DNA of 26,747 nt from a virus (IMGVR_UViG_3300032329_000629:1-26747); one strand, 5' to 3'; shown: positions 7,715 through 14,500, counted from the first letter of the stretch. A program made the numbers and translations. Notes: generated by a model from the letters alone, not told the origin.

Positions 7715-7930
7715 CTACTCGTCGTCGCAAAAGTCGTTGGTGATGTGCGGTAGGTTAAAATCTTGGAATTCACGTTCCGGCTTCTGCCACGCCAGCTCGT
7801 GCTGACGGGCCAGCCGGTGCGCTTCGGTCAAGTCGCCACGATTGACGGCGTCACTCACCTTTTCCGCTGAGTTGGCTTTCGCCCGGAGCGTGGCCGTTTC
7901 CATGATTAGGAATGCTTTGTTCGGCATCAT
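7715..7930 (-). CDS. Hypothetical protein
   Basis: 71 aa ORF, ATGA-coupled to the upstream gene. Confidence 0.65.
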   Translation of the reverse strand: MMPNKAFLIMETATLRAKANSAEKVSDAVNRGDLTEAHRLARQHELAWQKPEREFQDFNLPHITNDFCDDE

Positions 7931-8106
7931 CCGCCGTACCTGTTGTTGCCCGAGTAGTCGCAGAAACGCTGAAAGCTACGGTCAAAGTCGCCGTGCTCGC
8001 GCTCGTACACGTCGTGCTCGTAATCCGGCTTGTCGTTGACCGGAGCAGGCGTGGGTTCTTTCGCCTTATCCGCGTTGAATTGTTCGTCGTTTTTAGGATC
8101 GCTCAT
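7927..8106 (-). CDS. Hypothetical acidic protein (59 aa)
   Basis: Start revised to ATG 8106 (MSDPKNDEQF...), ATGA-coupled on both sides. Confidence 0.6.
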   Translation of the reverse strand: MSDPKNDEQFNADKAKEPTPAPVNDKPDYEHDVYEREHGDFDRSFQRFCDYSGNNRYGG

Positions 8107-8441
8107 TTTTTGCCTTTCGTTGCGAGTTTCATGGATTGAATCGTCGTTTTGATTGCTTCCTGCGTGAGACACTTGGTCGTGAACCTCCACACGCGCCATC
8201 CCAGATCGGCGGCGGCTCGGTACTTTTCGCAGTCCTTGACCATCCCCATGCCCCGCCCGTGGCGGCCCCCGAAGGGAAGGAAGGCACCGCCGTCCAGCTC
8301 GACGGCACACCGGGCGTCTGAATTTGCTAGTACGTAGTCAAACCTCCACTTGCGAGTCGGGTGAAATTTGTATTCTGCTGTGAGCTCCGGTCCACCGGCT
8401 GCCTTCCAAAGCAGAACGAACTTGCTGGCCAGTGCGCTCAT
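8103..8441 (-). CDS. Vsr/DUF559-like PD-(D/E)XK endonuclease
   Basis: EYKFHPTRKWRFDY, AVELDGG, GGRH, DCEKY and LGWRVWRFT signature. Confidence 0.85.
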   Translation of the reverse strand: MSALASKFVLLWKAAGGPELTAEYKFHPTRKWRFDYVLANSDARCAVELDGGAFLPFGGRHGRGMGMVKDCEKYRAAADLGWRVWRFTTKCLTQEAIKTTIQSMKLATKGKK

Positions 8442-8632
8442 TTGGCCTGCCCTTGCTTGGCAATCAGGGACGCCACGACCTCGTTTAGTCGGGCGATATC
8501 TCCCTTGAGCTGCTTGACTTCAATTTGTAACCCAATAAGCGCACTCGCCGACGACCACTCCGCCATCCCTACCGACTTGGACGGCACCACGACCCCCAGC
8601 ACGCCCTCGGCTTCGAGATCCCGGACGCTCAT
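8438..8632 (-). CDS. Hypothetical protein with C-terminal coiled coil (64 aa)
   Basis: Start revised to ATG 8632 (MSVRDLEAEG...), ATGA-coupled on both sides. Confidence 0.6.
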   Translation of the reverse strand: MSVRDLEAEGVLGVVVPSKSVGMAEWSSASALIGLQIEVKQLKGDIARLNEVVASLIAKQGQAK

Positions 8633-8784
8633 TTTCCAAGCTCCTTGCGGGCAAAGTCGATCACCCAACAAATGACGGCGATCGCTATGGTCAGGCCGCC
8701 CACCCCGCATCCCAAAAACAAGCCCCAGCCCACGATCAGGCCTGAAAGCTGGGCCAAATCCTTCATCAGCTCCCAAGAAATCAC
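8629..8784 (-). CDS. Small membrane protein (51 aa)
   Basis: GTG 8784 overlaps the TGA of 8781..9044; long hydrophobic stretch LSGLIVGWGLFLGCGVGGLTIAIAVICWVI. Confidence 0.6.
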   Translation of the reverse strand: MISWELMKDLAQLSGLIVGWGLFLGCGVGGLTIAIAVICWVIDFARKELGK

Positions 8785-9044
8785 TGTTCGCCCCTTACTT
8801 GGCGATGCCATGCCAGCCGGACGGCGGGATCCGGGTGCCAAACGTACGCGTCAGGGCCTAGATTATATCCGCCCCGTTTATTAAAGTTAACTTGTTGGTA
8901 GTGACGCTTCGGAAGCTCAGGTATTACCTGCGATTTTACAACTCTATCTAAGTCGTTGTAGTGATAAGCTATCGGAGCGGTGGGATTTGAACCCACGATT
9001 CTATTTCTTTCTTCGTTTTGATTTATTATGCTAGGGAAGTTCAT
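8781..9044 (-). CDS. Hypothetical ORF running through attP
   Basis: 87 aa; GTGA-coupled to the next gene; residues IVGSNPTAP are encoded by the tRNA-like core. True start uncertain. Confidence 0.45.
   Translation of the reverse strand: MNFPSIINQNEERNRIVGSNPTAPIAYHYNDLDRVVKSQVIPELPKRHYQQVNFNKRGGYNLGPDAYVWHPDPAVRLAWHRQVRGEQ
8972..8998 (-). mobile_element. attP common core: 3' end of a tRNA gene, most likely tRNA-Pro
   Basis: Minus strand TCGTGGGTTCAAATCCCACCGCTCCGA = T-stem GTGGG/CCCAC, T-loop TTCAAAT, acceptor 3' strand CGCTCCG and discriminator A (C1-G72/A73 as in tRNA-Pro). No 5' half of a tRNA is present; 90 nt upstream of the integrase. Confidence 0.85.
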
Positions 9045-9072
9045 TGTATGTTATTGCTTCAAACTGAGTAAA
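9043..9072 (-). promoter_or_regulatory. Possible leftward sigma70-type promoter firing across attP
   Basis: TTTACT (9072-9067)-N18-TACAAT (9048-9043) on the minus strand. Confidence 0.35.
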
Positions 9073-9088
9073 TGTTACCGTTGTAACC

Positions 9089-10186
9089 ATGGCCTTTTCT
9101 TACGTTAAACGCGGATCGCCTTGGTTCTTCATTCGCTACAAAAACGAAGAGGGCAAATGGCGCAGTAAGGCCACCCGCTATCGCATCGACAATACCCTGC
9201 ACCGGGCCAAGGCAGTTGCGGATGCAGCCCGACTTGGCGTTCACGAAAACACCGCAAAATGCGGCCACGATTGGGTAAACGATTTGATCGAAAATCATCC
9301 CGTTTCCCCTCTTACAAAAGTTTATTACTTGAACTGCTGGCGTCATCTTGAGCGATTTATTTATGAGAAAAAAATAAGTCTGCAAGCATTTTCCGCTAAT
9401 GACTGCGAAATTTATTTAAAATGGAGACAATCACTGCCCCGCACCTCTGGCGGAAAGGCCGGACGGAATCAGGCGTGCCAAGATTTGAAGATTCTTAAAT
9501 GGATTCATCGTCAGGGCCGACTGCTTGGAAAGATGGATTCAGTTGCTCTGCTAGACTATAGGATTAAACGTGCCCCCATCTCTCGCGTTAAACCTGTGTT
9601 TTCAGATAATGACATAAAAATCACCCGGAAAGCCTTGGCCGTAGATGGCGTCCCTGAATGGATGCGGATTTCATTTGAGATCTCTCTGGCCACCGGCTGT
9701 CGTTTGCGTGAAACCCAGATCCCCCTGGAGTGCGTGGATCTTAAAAACCGGATCCTGACCTTCCCTCACCCTAAAGGTGGAGCCGGTAAGTCGTTCAGCA
9801 TTCCTATCCCTGCCGTCATCGAACCCATGCTGACGGCGATGAAAGCGGAGGGCCGTGAAGTCACTTGCATCGTGCCCAAGACCCGGGCGTCCGTGTGCTG
9901 GCGCAGGCTGCTCGACATTTGCGGACTTAAAAAACATTGTTTCCACTCCCTCCGGGTGACCCGAGTGACTCGTCTCCGGCTCGGAGGATGCTCGCAATCC
10001 GTCGCCATGAGGTTGGTGAATCACAGTTCGACCTTAGTGCATGAGCTTTACCAGCGGCACTGCGTGGAAGATTTGAGGGATGCTGTGAACGTAGGCCAGC
10101 CTGCAGCCGCCTCCACCGATCAAAATCCGACGGAATTACCTTTCCCGCGATTAGCGGAAATCCCGGCAGTGCCTGCATTTGCTTGA
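9089..10186 (+). CDS. int: Tyrosine recombinase (phage integrase)
   Basis: Catalytic set R (TGCRLRE), K (PKGG), HxxR (FHSLR), H (VNHS), Y (ELYQR); N-terminal arm-binding-like WFFIRYKNEEGKWRSKAT; adjacent to attP. Confidence 0.95.
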   Translation: MAFSYVKRGSPWFFIRYKNEEGKWRSKATRYRIDNTLHRAKAVADAARLGVHENTAKCGHDWVNDLIENHPVSPLTKVYYLNCWRHLERFIYEKKISLQAFSANDCEIYLKWRQSLPRTSGGKAGRNQACQDLKILKWIHRQGRLLGKMDSVALLDYRIKRAPISRVKPVFSDNDIKITRKALAVDGVPEWMRISFEISLATGCRLRETQIPLECVDLKNRILTFPHPKGGAGKSFSIPIPAVIEPMLTAMKAEGREVTCIVPKTRASVCWRRLLDICGLKKHCFHSLRVTRVTRLRLGGCSQSVAMRLVNHSSTLVHELYQRHCVEDLRDAVNVGQPAAASTDQNPTELPFPRLAEIPAVPAFA

Positions 10187-10292
10187 TACGAGTGTAGCCT
10201 AGGCCGTAAGCGGCACCGAGCTGGCGGAGGGATAAGGCGCGATCCTCCTGGCGCAACCTTGCGGAAATATGATTCAACCGATCCGACCCCAT
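9927..10292 (-). CDS. Excisionase-like (Xis/AlpA-type HTH) protein overlapping the int 3' end antisense
   Basis: Start revised to ATG 10292, preceded by AGGA; LSLRQLGAAYGLGYTRIKQM...GFPL...DFDRW resembles recombination directionality factors; convergent with int. Confidence 0.65.
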   Translation of the reverse strand: MGSDRLNHISARLRQEDRALSLRQLGAAYGLGYTRIKQMQALPGFPLIAGKVIPSDFDRWRRLQAGLRSQHPSNLPRSAAGKAHALRSNCDSPTSWRRIASILRAGDESLGSPGGSGNNVF

Positions 10293-10308
10293 AACGTTTC
10301 CTAGTTTT

Positions 10309-10455
10309 TTATTCTCGGTCGAGCAGTCGGGCAACCAACTGAGACAGTGTAATCTTGCGCTTTGCGGCGAGATTTTTGGATGATTTTCTGATGTGCTCCG
10401 GGATCAGAATGTAGGCTTTTTCGCCTTTTTTCGCTTTTATCGGAGCACCTTTCAT
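10309..10455 (-). CDS. Ribbon-helix-helix protein (48 aa), Cro-like position
   Basis: Not in track: MKGAPIKAKKGEKAYILIPEHIRKSSKNLAAKRKITLSQLVARLLDRE; beta-strand AYILIP, helix A, then TLSQLVARLL helix B. Confidence 0.8.
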   Translation of the reverse strand: MKGAPIKAKKGEKAYILIPEHIRKSSKNLAAKRKITLSQLVARLLDRE

Positions 10456-10559
10456 GCGCCGTGTATGCGCCTACAATACGGACAAAGCAATATCTTTTTA
10501 TCCTTTAAAGGATATGATTTCCGCCTTGAGTGCGTAATAGATGCGCATAAAATGCACCT
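10454..10559. promoter_or_regulatory. Divergent promoter/operator region
   Basis: Perfect 16-bp palindrome TATCCTTTAAAGGATA (10499-10514); two triplets of 7-bp boxes at 11-bp spacing (10454/10465/10476 and 10530/10541/10552); rightward TTGAGT (10526)-N16-TAAAAT (10548). Confidence 0.75.
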
Positions 10560-10709
10560 ATGAAAAAGGTAAAAACCAACCTTACCCTAGATCCAAAAGT
10601 GAAACAAAAAGGCGAGCAGTTGGCCAAAAAAAACGGATTATCTCTTTCGGCATATATCACGACCTTACTTGTCCGGGAGCTGGCCGACCACAAAAAAACT
10701 GGTAATTAA
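10560..10709 (+). CDS. Ribbon-helix-helix protein (49 aa; CopG/Arc-like), repressor-like position
   Basis: Not in track: MKKVKTNLTLDPKVKQKGEQLAKKNGLSLSAYITTLLVRELADHKKTGN; classic RHH pattern (KTNLTLD...A...G.S.S..I..LL). Confidence 0.85.
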   Translation: MKKVKTNLTLDPKVKQKGEQLAKKNGLSLSAYITTLLVRELADHKKTGN

Positions 10710-10711
10710 CT

Positions 10712-11011
10712 TTATCCCTTTTGGGGTATTTTCTTGAGTTTGTAGTAAGGTGCGGGCCGGGTGTATTGGCGCTTCGGGCCATATTTAGAAAGATGGTTTC
10801 CTGCTTTCACCAACTGATAAAACTTTTTCTTTTCTGCCCTTCCCTCTTTCACCATGCGACTCATCATCCGGCTAATCGTCGGCCGCGTGTATCCGAATAT
10901 CTTTTGCAAATCCTCGATTGATTTCCACCCGGGTGGGATGGGTTCAATTCGCCTGCCCGCCATATGCTCGGCGAGCGCTTCCGCCCAGTCCTTTAAATCG
11001 GCAGTCGCCAT
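10712..11011 (-). CDS. Winged-HTH-like hypothetical protein (99 aa)
   Basis: Start revised to ATG 11011 (preceded by GGAGGGAG); PPGWKSIEDLQKIFGYTRPTISRMMSRMVKEG. Confidence 0.7.
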   Translation of the reverse strand: MATADLKDWAEALAEHMAGRRIEPIPPGWKSIEDLQKIFGYTRPTISRMMSRMVKEGRAEKKKFYQLVKAGNHLSKYGPKRQYTRPAPYYKLKKIPQKG

Positions 11012-11742
11012 TCTCCCTCCACCGGGCTCACCACGTTGACCGTGCACCCTTCCCCGCCGTCCACGTACTCCCCATACGCAATCCCATGCGCCCAGCGCGT
11101 CACAGAGCGATTGCGGCGGGCGTAGTGCATCGATCCGATGTCGGCCAGACAACCGATCGACCACCCCACTGGGGCGCCTACGCAACGGCCGGCCGCTCGA
11201 TCGATCCGGTGTAGGTGGCCAAACACAACGGGACGGCGGAGCATTTCAACATGATCTCGGACGGCCATCTCGTTGAACATGTAGCCGTGGCCGAAAAGAG
11301 TTCCGCCAAAATCCAGCCAGCCTTTCTCGATGTCGTACTGCGTGACCTTGGTTTTCATTTCCTTCATGGCCGTCATCAGCTCGGCGATGGCGCTAGTGGC
11401 GCAGTGAGCGACGATGGCGCTGGGGCTGTTCTGCATGGAATACAAACGATCTTCATGATTACCTGCAAAAAAATGCGTTATGCGTAGTTCCCGCAGAAAG
11501 TTGATTCCGGCATCAAAGTCTTCCCGGATCGATGCCGATCGATCGGCGGCGTTGGGATCCCGCATGGCTCCGGCCCGGAGAGCTGCCAGATCCACGGCGT
11601 CGCCTAGGTGCATGGTGGTGTCTCCTGGTCGGATCCACCGACGCTTCATTTCGATTGCAGCCTTACAGGCCGCCGCGTTCGCCAAGTGTCCGTGACTGCA
11701 CGACACGGCCAGCCATCGCTTCCACTTGCGGATCACTTTCAT
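10993..11742 (-). CDS. Calcineurin-like metallophosphoesterase
   Basis: SCSHG (variant DxH), LGDAVD, GNHEDR, GHG and GHLHR motifs. Confidence 0.88.
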   Translation of the reverse strand: MKVIRKWKRWLAVSCSHGHLANAAACKAAIEMKRRWIRPGDTTMHLGDAVDLAALRAGAMRDPNAADRSASIREDFDAGINFLRELRITHFFAGNHEDRLYSMQNSPSAIVAHCATSAIAELMTAMKEMKTKVTQYDIEKGWLDFGGTLFGHGYMFNEMAVRDHVEMLRRPVVFGHLHRIDRAAGRCVGAPVGWSIGCLADIGSMHYARRNRSVTRWAHGIAYGEYVDGGEGCTVNVVSPVEGEWRLPI

Positions 11743-12080
11743 TTTTTATCCTCCGCTCCCGGCAACCCGTGCAGGACGGCGAGAATCTGACGGCACGCCT
11801 CCCGGGACGTAGCCGCTGCCACGCTCTCGTCAGCTGCGCCTTGCAGTGCCATATCGGCGATCACGCCGAGCTGTAATTTCAGCGTGTGCATGTAGGTGCA
11901 AAGATCCAGCACCTCGTCCCACGCGTCCTTCCATACCGGCCGCCGCCACAGGGCGCCGCCGTGCTCGAGCTGACCTTTCACGTACTTTGCGGATACGTCG
12001 TTCGTCAGGTCGTTGATGATCGTCGCAAGGTGTTTCCTATGTTCCGGCGACATGACCTCCGGGCTCATCGTGAGCTCCAT
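11739..12080 (-). CDS. Hypothetical protein, possibly MazG-like all-alpha NTP pyrophosphatase fold
   Basis: KGQLEHGGALW...WKDAWDEVLDLCTY resembles the G..KYG..L...W...A.EE..D...Y phage family. Confidence 0.55.
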   Translation of the reverse strand: MELTMSPEVMSPEHRKHLATIINDLTNDVSAKYVKGQLEHGGALWRRPVWKDAWDEVLDLCTYMHTLKLQLGVIADMALQGAADESVAAATSREACRQILAVLHGLPGAEDKK

Positions 12081-12571
12081 GGCCGTTTTGATACCAGTCC
12101 CCTGCCTTTTGCTGCCTTAGGCTTTTCCACGACTTGTTCCACAGGACTATGTGGAATGTCACGCCATGAACTATATCGGCCATCTTGTAAGTGACCGGTT
12201 TCCCAGCTTATGGCGGTCAGGTTAAACGTCAGCCCGACGTGTTCGCCAAGCCGGAAAGCTGTTTCGTCGTCCCAATCCGTATCAAACAGATCCCCCTTGG
12301 CTGCTTTTAAAATTACGTAATCAAACGCAAGTCCGTAATTGTGATATGAGGTGCCGGGCTTTGCCTGCGTGACGATCTTACCCGGACGCGTCCTGCCCTG
12401 TGCGTACAGCATCGCCTGCTCCTCCATGGATCTCCTACCCGTATAAATTAGCGGCTGGATCCGGCTGTTCTGCATCTCCACCAGCCACCCGCGGACACGT
12501 TTCTGGAAGTCTAGATCCAGTGTTTCAATACAGCGGAGCGTCCGAGCCGTTGCCTCCGCCAGACTTGTCAT
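12065..12571 (-). CDS. Endolysin, peptidase M15 family (L-Ala-D-Glu type)
   Basis: RSMEEQAMLYAQGRT, SYHNYGLAFD and WETGHLQ zinc-binding motifs. Confidence 0.92.
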   Translation of the reverse strand: MTSLAEATARTLRCIETLDLDFQKRVRGWLVEMQNSRIQPLIYTGRRSMEEQAMLYAQGRTRPGKIVTQAKPGTSYHNYGLAFDYVILKAAKGDLFDTDWDDETAFRLGEHVGLTFNLTAISWETGHLQDGRYSSWRDIPHSPVEQVVEKPKAAKGRGLVSKRPWSSR

Positions 12572-12816
12572 CGCCTCGCTCGCTCTCTTTCAGTTTCTGC
12601 CAGGCTGTCAGATAGCGCTTTGAGCGATTGCGCAAAGAGATCTCGATAAGCCTGCGGACAGGGTTTGTTTGTTCGTTCGGCTTTGTCCCACTCGTAGATA
12701 AAGTAAGAGACCGTGTCCGGGCTTGGCGGCGGGCCGTCTTGCGTTTGCGAGACCGTCGCACAGCTTGCCAGCCCGAGGCTAAGAATCAGCAGGAGGGCGT
12801 TTCGTCCACCACGCAT
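12568..12816 (-). CDS. Lipoprotein, putative o-spanin (Rz1-like)
   Basis: Signal peptide with lipobox LASC, Pro-rich linker, in the lysis cassette overlapping the i-spanin-like gene. Confidence 0.7.
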   Translation of the reverse strand: MRGGRNALLLILSLGLASCATVSQTQDGPPPSPDTVSYFIYEWDKAERTNKPCPQAYRDLFAQSLKALSDSLAETERERARR

Positions 12817-12949
12817 CGATGTCTCTCAGTCTTTTCCGGCGTTCCAGTTCGATCGCTTCAAAGTTTCGCTGGGTCGGGGTCTTGCGGTTCAGTGCGTAAA
12901 GGATGATTCCGATCAGTCCACTCACCGCCGAAAGAACCGCGGCGATCAT
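12779..12949 (-). CDS. Putative i-spanin (Rz-like), 56 aa
   Basis: Not in track: MIAAVLSAVSGLIGIILYALNRKTPTQRNFEAIELERRKRLRDIDAWWTKRPPADS; N-terminal TM helix plus charged helix; 38-nt overlap with the lipoprotein gene. Confidence 0.65.
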   Translation of the reverse strand: MIAAVLSAVSGLIGIILYALNRKTPTQRNFEAIELERRKRLRDIDAWWTKRPPADS

Positions 12950-12955
12950 GTTCCC

Positions 12956-13123
12956 TTATTTGCGGGAGATTTTGCTGATGAAATCGACGATCTTTTGCAG
13001 GGTCGCTTCCGGTTCGTCCCCGGGGAACAAAGTTGCGACTGCGATGGCGGCCGTCAGGAGAGCGGTGACTGCGCCCAGGATCTGCGTCCCGTGGCTGATT
13101 GCATAGGATAGAGTTTCGTTCAT
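12956..13123 (-). CDS. Holin-like membrane protein (55 aa)
   Basis: Not in track: MNETLSYAISHGTQILGAVTALLTAAIAVATLFPGDEPEATLQKIVDFISKISRK; TM helix, amphipathic helix, basic tail; first gene of the lysis cassette. Confidence 0.65.
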   Translation of the reverse strand: MNETLSYAISHGTQILGAVTALLTAAIAVATLFPGDEPEATLQKIVDFISKISRK

Positions 13124-13135
13124 GCCCTTTGGGCA

Positions 13136-13142
13136 GTGTCAA
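13136..13142 (-). promoter_or_regulatory. TTGACAC motif 12 nt upstream of the holin-like ATG
   Basis: One of four exact copies located 12-15 nt before late-gene starts; overlaps the upstream TGA. Confidence 0.55.
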
Positions 13143-13399
13143 AGACCGAATCGGCGTTTGATCAGTTCCCACGCCGTGCTGACTACGGCTCCGGAGATCA
13201 GCGCAACCAACCACAGCTTCGTTTTGATCGTGTGAGCTTCGCGTTCAATGTTCGTCAGGCGCCCGTGATATTCGCCCAGGCTGGCCTGTGAGCGTTCTAA
13301 AAGGTCGAGCACGACTGTCTGGCGAGTCTCCACCCGGGCCACCGCTTCCCGTACCACGGAAAGGCGTTCAGAAAGTTCGGCGATCTGGTCAGTGCTCAT
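13139..13399 (-). CDS. Coiled-coil protein with C-terminal TM helix (XhlA/holin-associated-like)
   Basis: Start revised to ATG 13399; heptad helix followed by LWLVALISGAVVSTAW. Confidence 0.7.
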   Translation of the reverse strand: MSTDQIAELSERLSVVREAVARVETRQTVVLDLLERSQASLGEYHGRLTNIEREAHTIKTKLWLVALISGAVVSTAWELIKRRFGL

Positions 13400-13548
13400 A
13401 ATTTTGCGTTTTCTGCTCCATCCGCAATCCTCACCCATTCGTTGCCCTGAGCGTCAGTCCATCGAATAATAAATCCTTCCGCTTCTAAAAAACGCAAAGC
13501 CGCATTGAACTGACGATAATCAGCTCCGTCTTGAGTTTCGGCAGCCAT
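13396..13548 (-). CDS. Small hypothetical protein (50 aa)
   Basis: Not in track: MAAETQDGADYRQFNAALRFLEAEGFIIRWTDAQGNEWVRIADGAENAKL; ATGA-coupled to the next gene. Confidence 0.65.
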   Translation of the reverse strand: MAAETQDGADYRQFNAALRFLEAEGFIIRWTDAQGNEWVRIADGAENAKL

Positions 13549-13551
13549 ATC

Positions 13552-13698
13552 TCAAAACGGTTTCTCACCGCCTGCCCGGGCCGCGTCGCCCATTGTCGGC
13601 GTGTTGGTATATCGTGTTAAAAGTTCGGCCTGTTCCCGATGACTAGAGCATGCGGAAAAAAACACGCACAATAAAAGCAGGCTAATTATAAATCGCAT
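13552..13698 (-). CDS. Small lipoprotein (48 aa)
   Basis: Start revised to ATG 13698; MRFIISLLLLCVFFSAC signal with lipobox FSAC. Confidence 0.65.
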   Translation of the reverse strand: MRFIISLLLLCVFFSACSSHREQAELLTRYTNTPTMGDAARAGGEKPF

Positions 13699-14500
13699 AT
13701 TTAGTGTTAAGATACGCCTCGACTTGCTGACGCTCTGAAATTGTAATGGCACGATCATAAATTAAGATTTCTGCTATATCTCCTTGAAATCCTCCATATT
13801 CTGGAGATAAGGGCTCTCGATCTGAACCAGCATTACCAATTCCTATTTCAATGTTAACAGCATTAATTTGACTAACAGAAAGCGAAGCACTTACTTCGTC
13901 TCCATTAATATACATTGCTTGATATTCATTTGTTACATCACTAATTCCCTCATGAATTATCCATTGATTTGCATATGATGTTTCAGTTGATGACCAATCC
14001 CAATTAAATCCATCAGATATATCCATTGCTCCAAAAGCATTTGTCCATCCATTGTCACCATTAATAAATTGAGCAGTTAATGAAAATTGTGAGTTTGATT
14101 CTGATGCCAAATCTGTCTTTGCAACCACTTCTGCCCAAACATTCCCAGAATCATTATATTTATAAACTCCTATAACTGTAAGATTCCCAGTATTTCCGAT
14201 TGAACTTGGTGCTGTTTTTAAAACAGTTAAATCTCCTCCATTCCCAAATCTAATTACTGGTTTTCCATTTACAACATTGGTTACAAAGGTTGGGCTGTAA
14301 CCACCGTAATCAGTTGTATTGTTACCATTTCCACTCTGATCGGCCCAAGCAGTAACAAAAGATCCAGAAAGAGAAACACCTGCATCAGATTTGAGCCAAA
14401 GCGATAAGTTTGGTATATCAGAAGGAGAAAATGGCAAACCACCAGAGGCAGAAAACACGCGATTCTTATGCAGTCCTAAGCCCAGCGACAGGCTTGGCAT
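13682..14500 (-). CDS. LamG/concanavalin A-like domain virion protein (candidate receptor-binding protein)
   Basis: Start revised to ATG 14500 (MPSLSLGLGL); LSLWLKSD, WADQSGNGN, MYING, FQGDIAEILIYDRAIT..E...VEAYLNTKY signature; AT-rich. Confidence 0.85.
   Translation of the reverse strand: MPSLSLGLGLHKNRVFSASGGLPFSPSDIPNLSLWLKSDAGVSLSGSFVTAWADQSGNGNNTTDYGGYSPTFVTNVVNGKPVIRFGNGGDLTVLKTAPSSIGNTGNLTVIGVYKYNDSGNVWAEVVAKTDLASESNSQFSLTAQFINGDNGWTNAFGAMDISDGFNWDWSSTETSYANQWIIHEGISDVTNEYQAMYINGDEVSASLSVSQINAVNIEIGIGNAGSDREPLSPEYGGFQGDIAEILIYDRAITISERQQVEAYLNTKYAIYN

Noticed and set aside
21-8884. Numerous plus-strand ORFs in the track (e.g. 464..913, 2004..2432, 3686..4111)
   Set aside because: They are antisense shadows of well-supported, translationally coupled minus-strand genes and have no recognisable motifs.
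8972-9050. Complete phage-encoded tRNA gene
   Set aside because: Only the T-arm and acceptor 3' strand are present; the upstream sequence has no anticodon arm, D-arm or CGGAGCG 5' strand, so it is an att core.
9059-10024. Minus-strand ORFs 9059..9385, 9671..10024 and 9766..10008 antisense to int
   Set aside because: No motifs or clear initiation signals; most simply shadows of the integrase frame, though antisense transcription through the region is plausible.
10505-10693. 62-aa minus-strand ORF in the track
   Set aside because: It is the antisense of the plus-strand RHH gene 10560..10709, which has a clear fold pattern and promoter.
10309-10709. Toxin-antitoxin module (RHH antitoxins)
   Set aside because: Neither RHH gene is followed by a toxin-like ORF; the divergent layout beside xis/int fits a regulatory switch.
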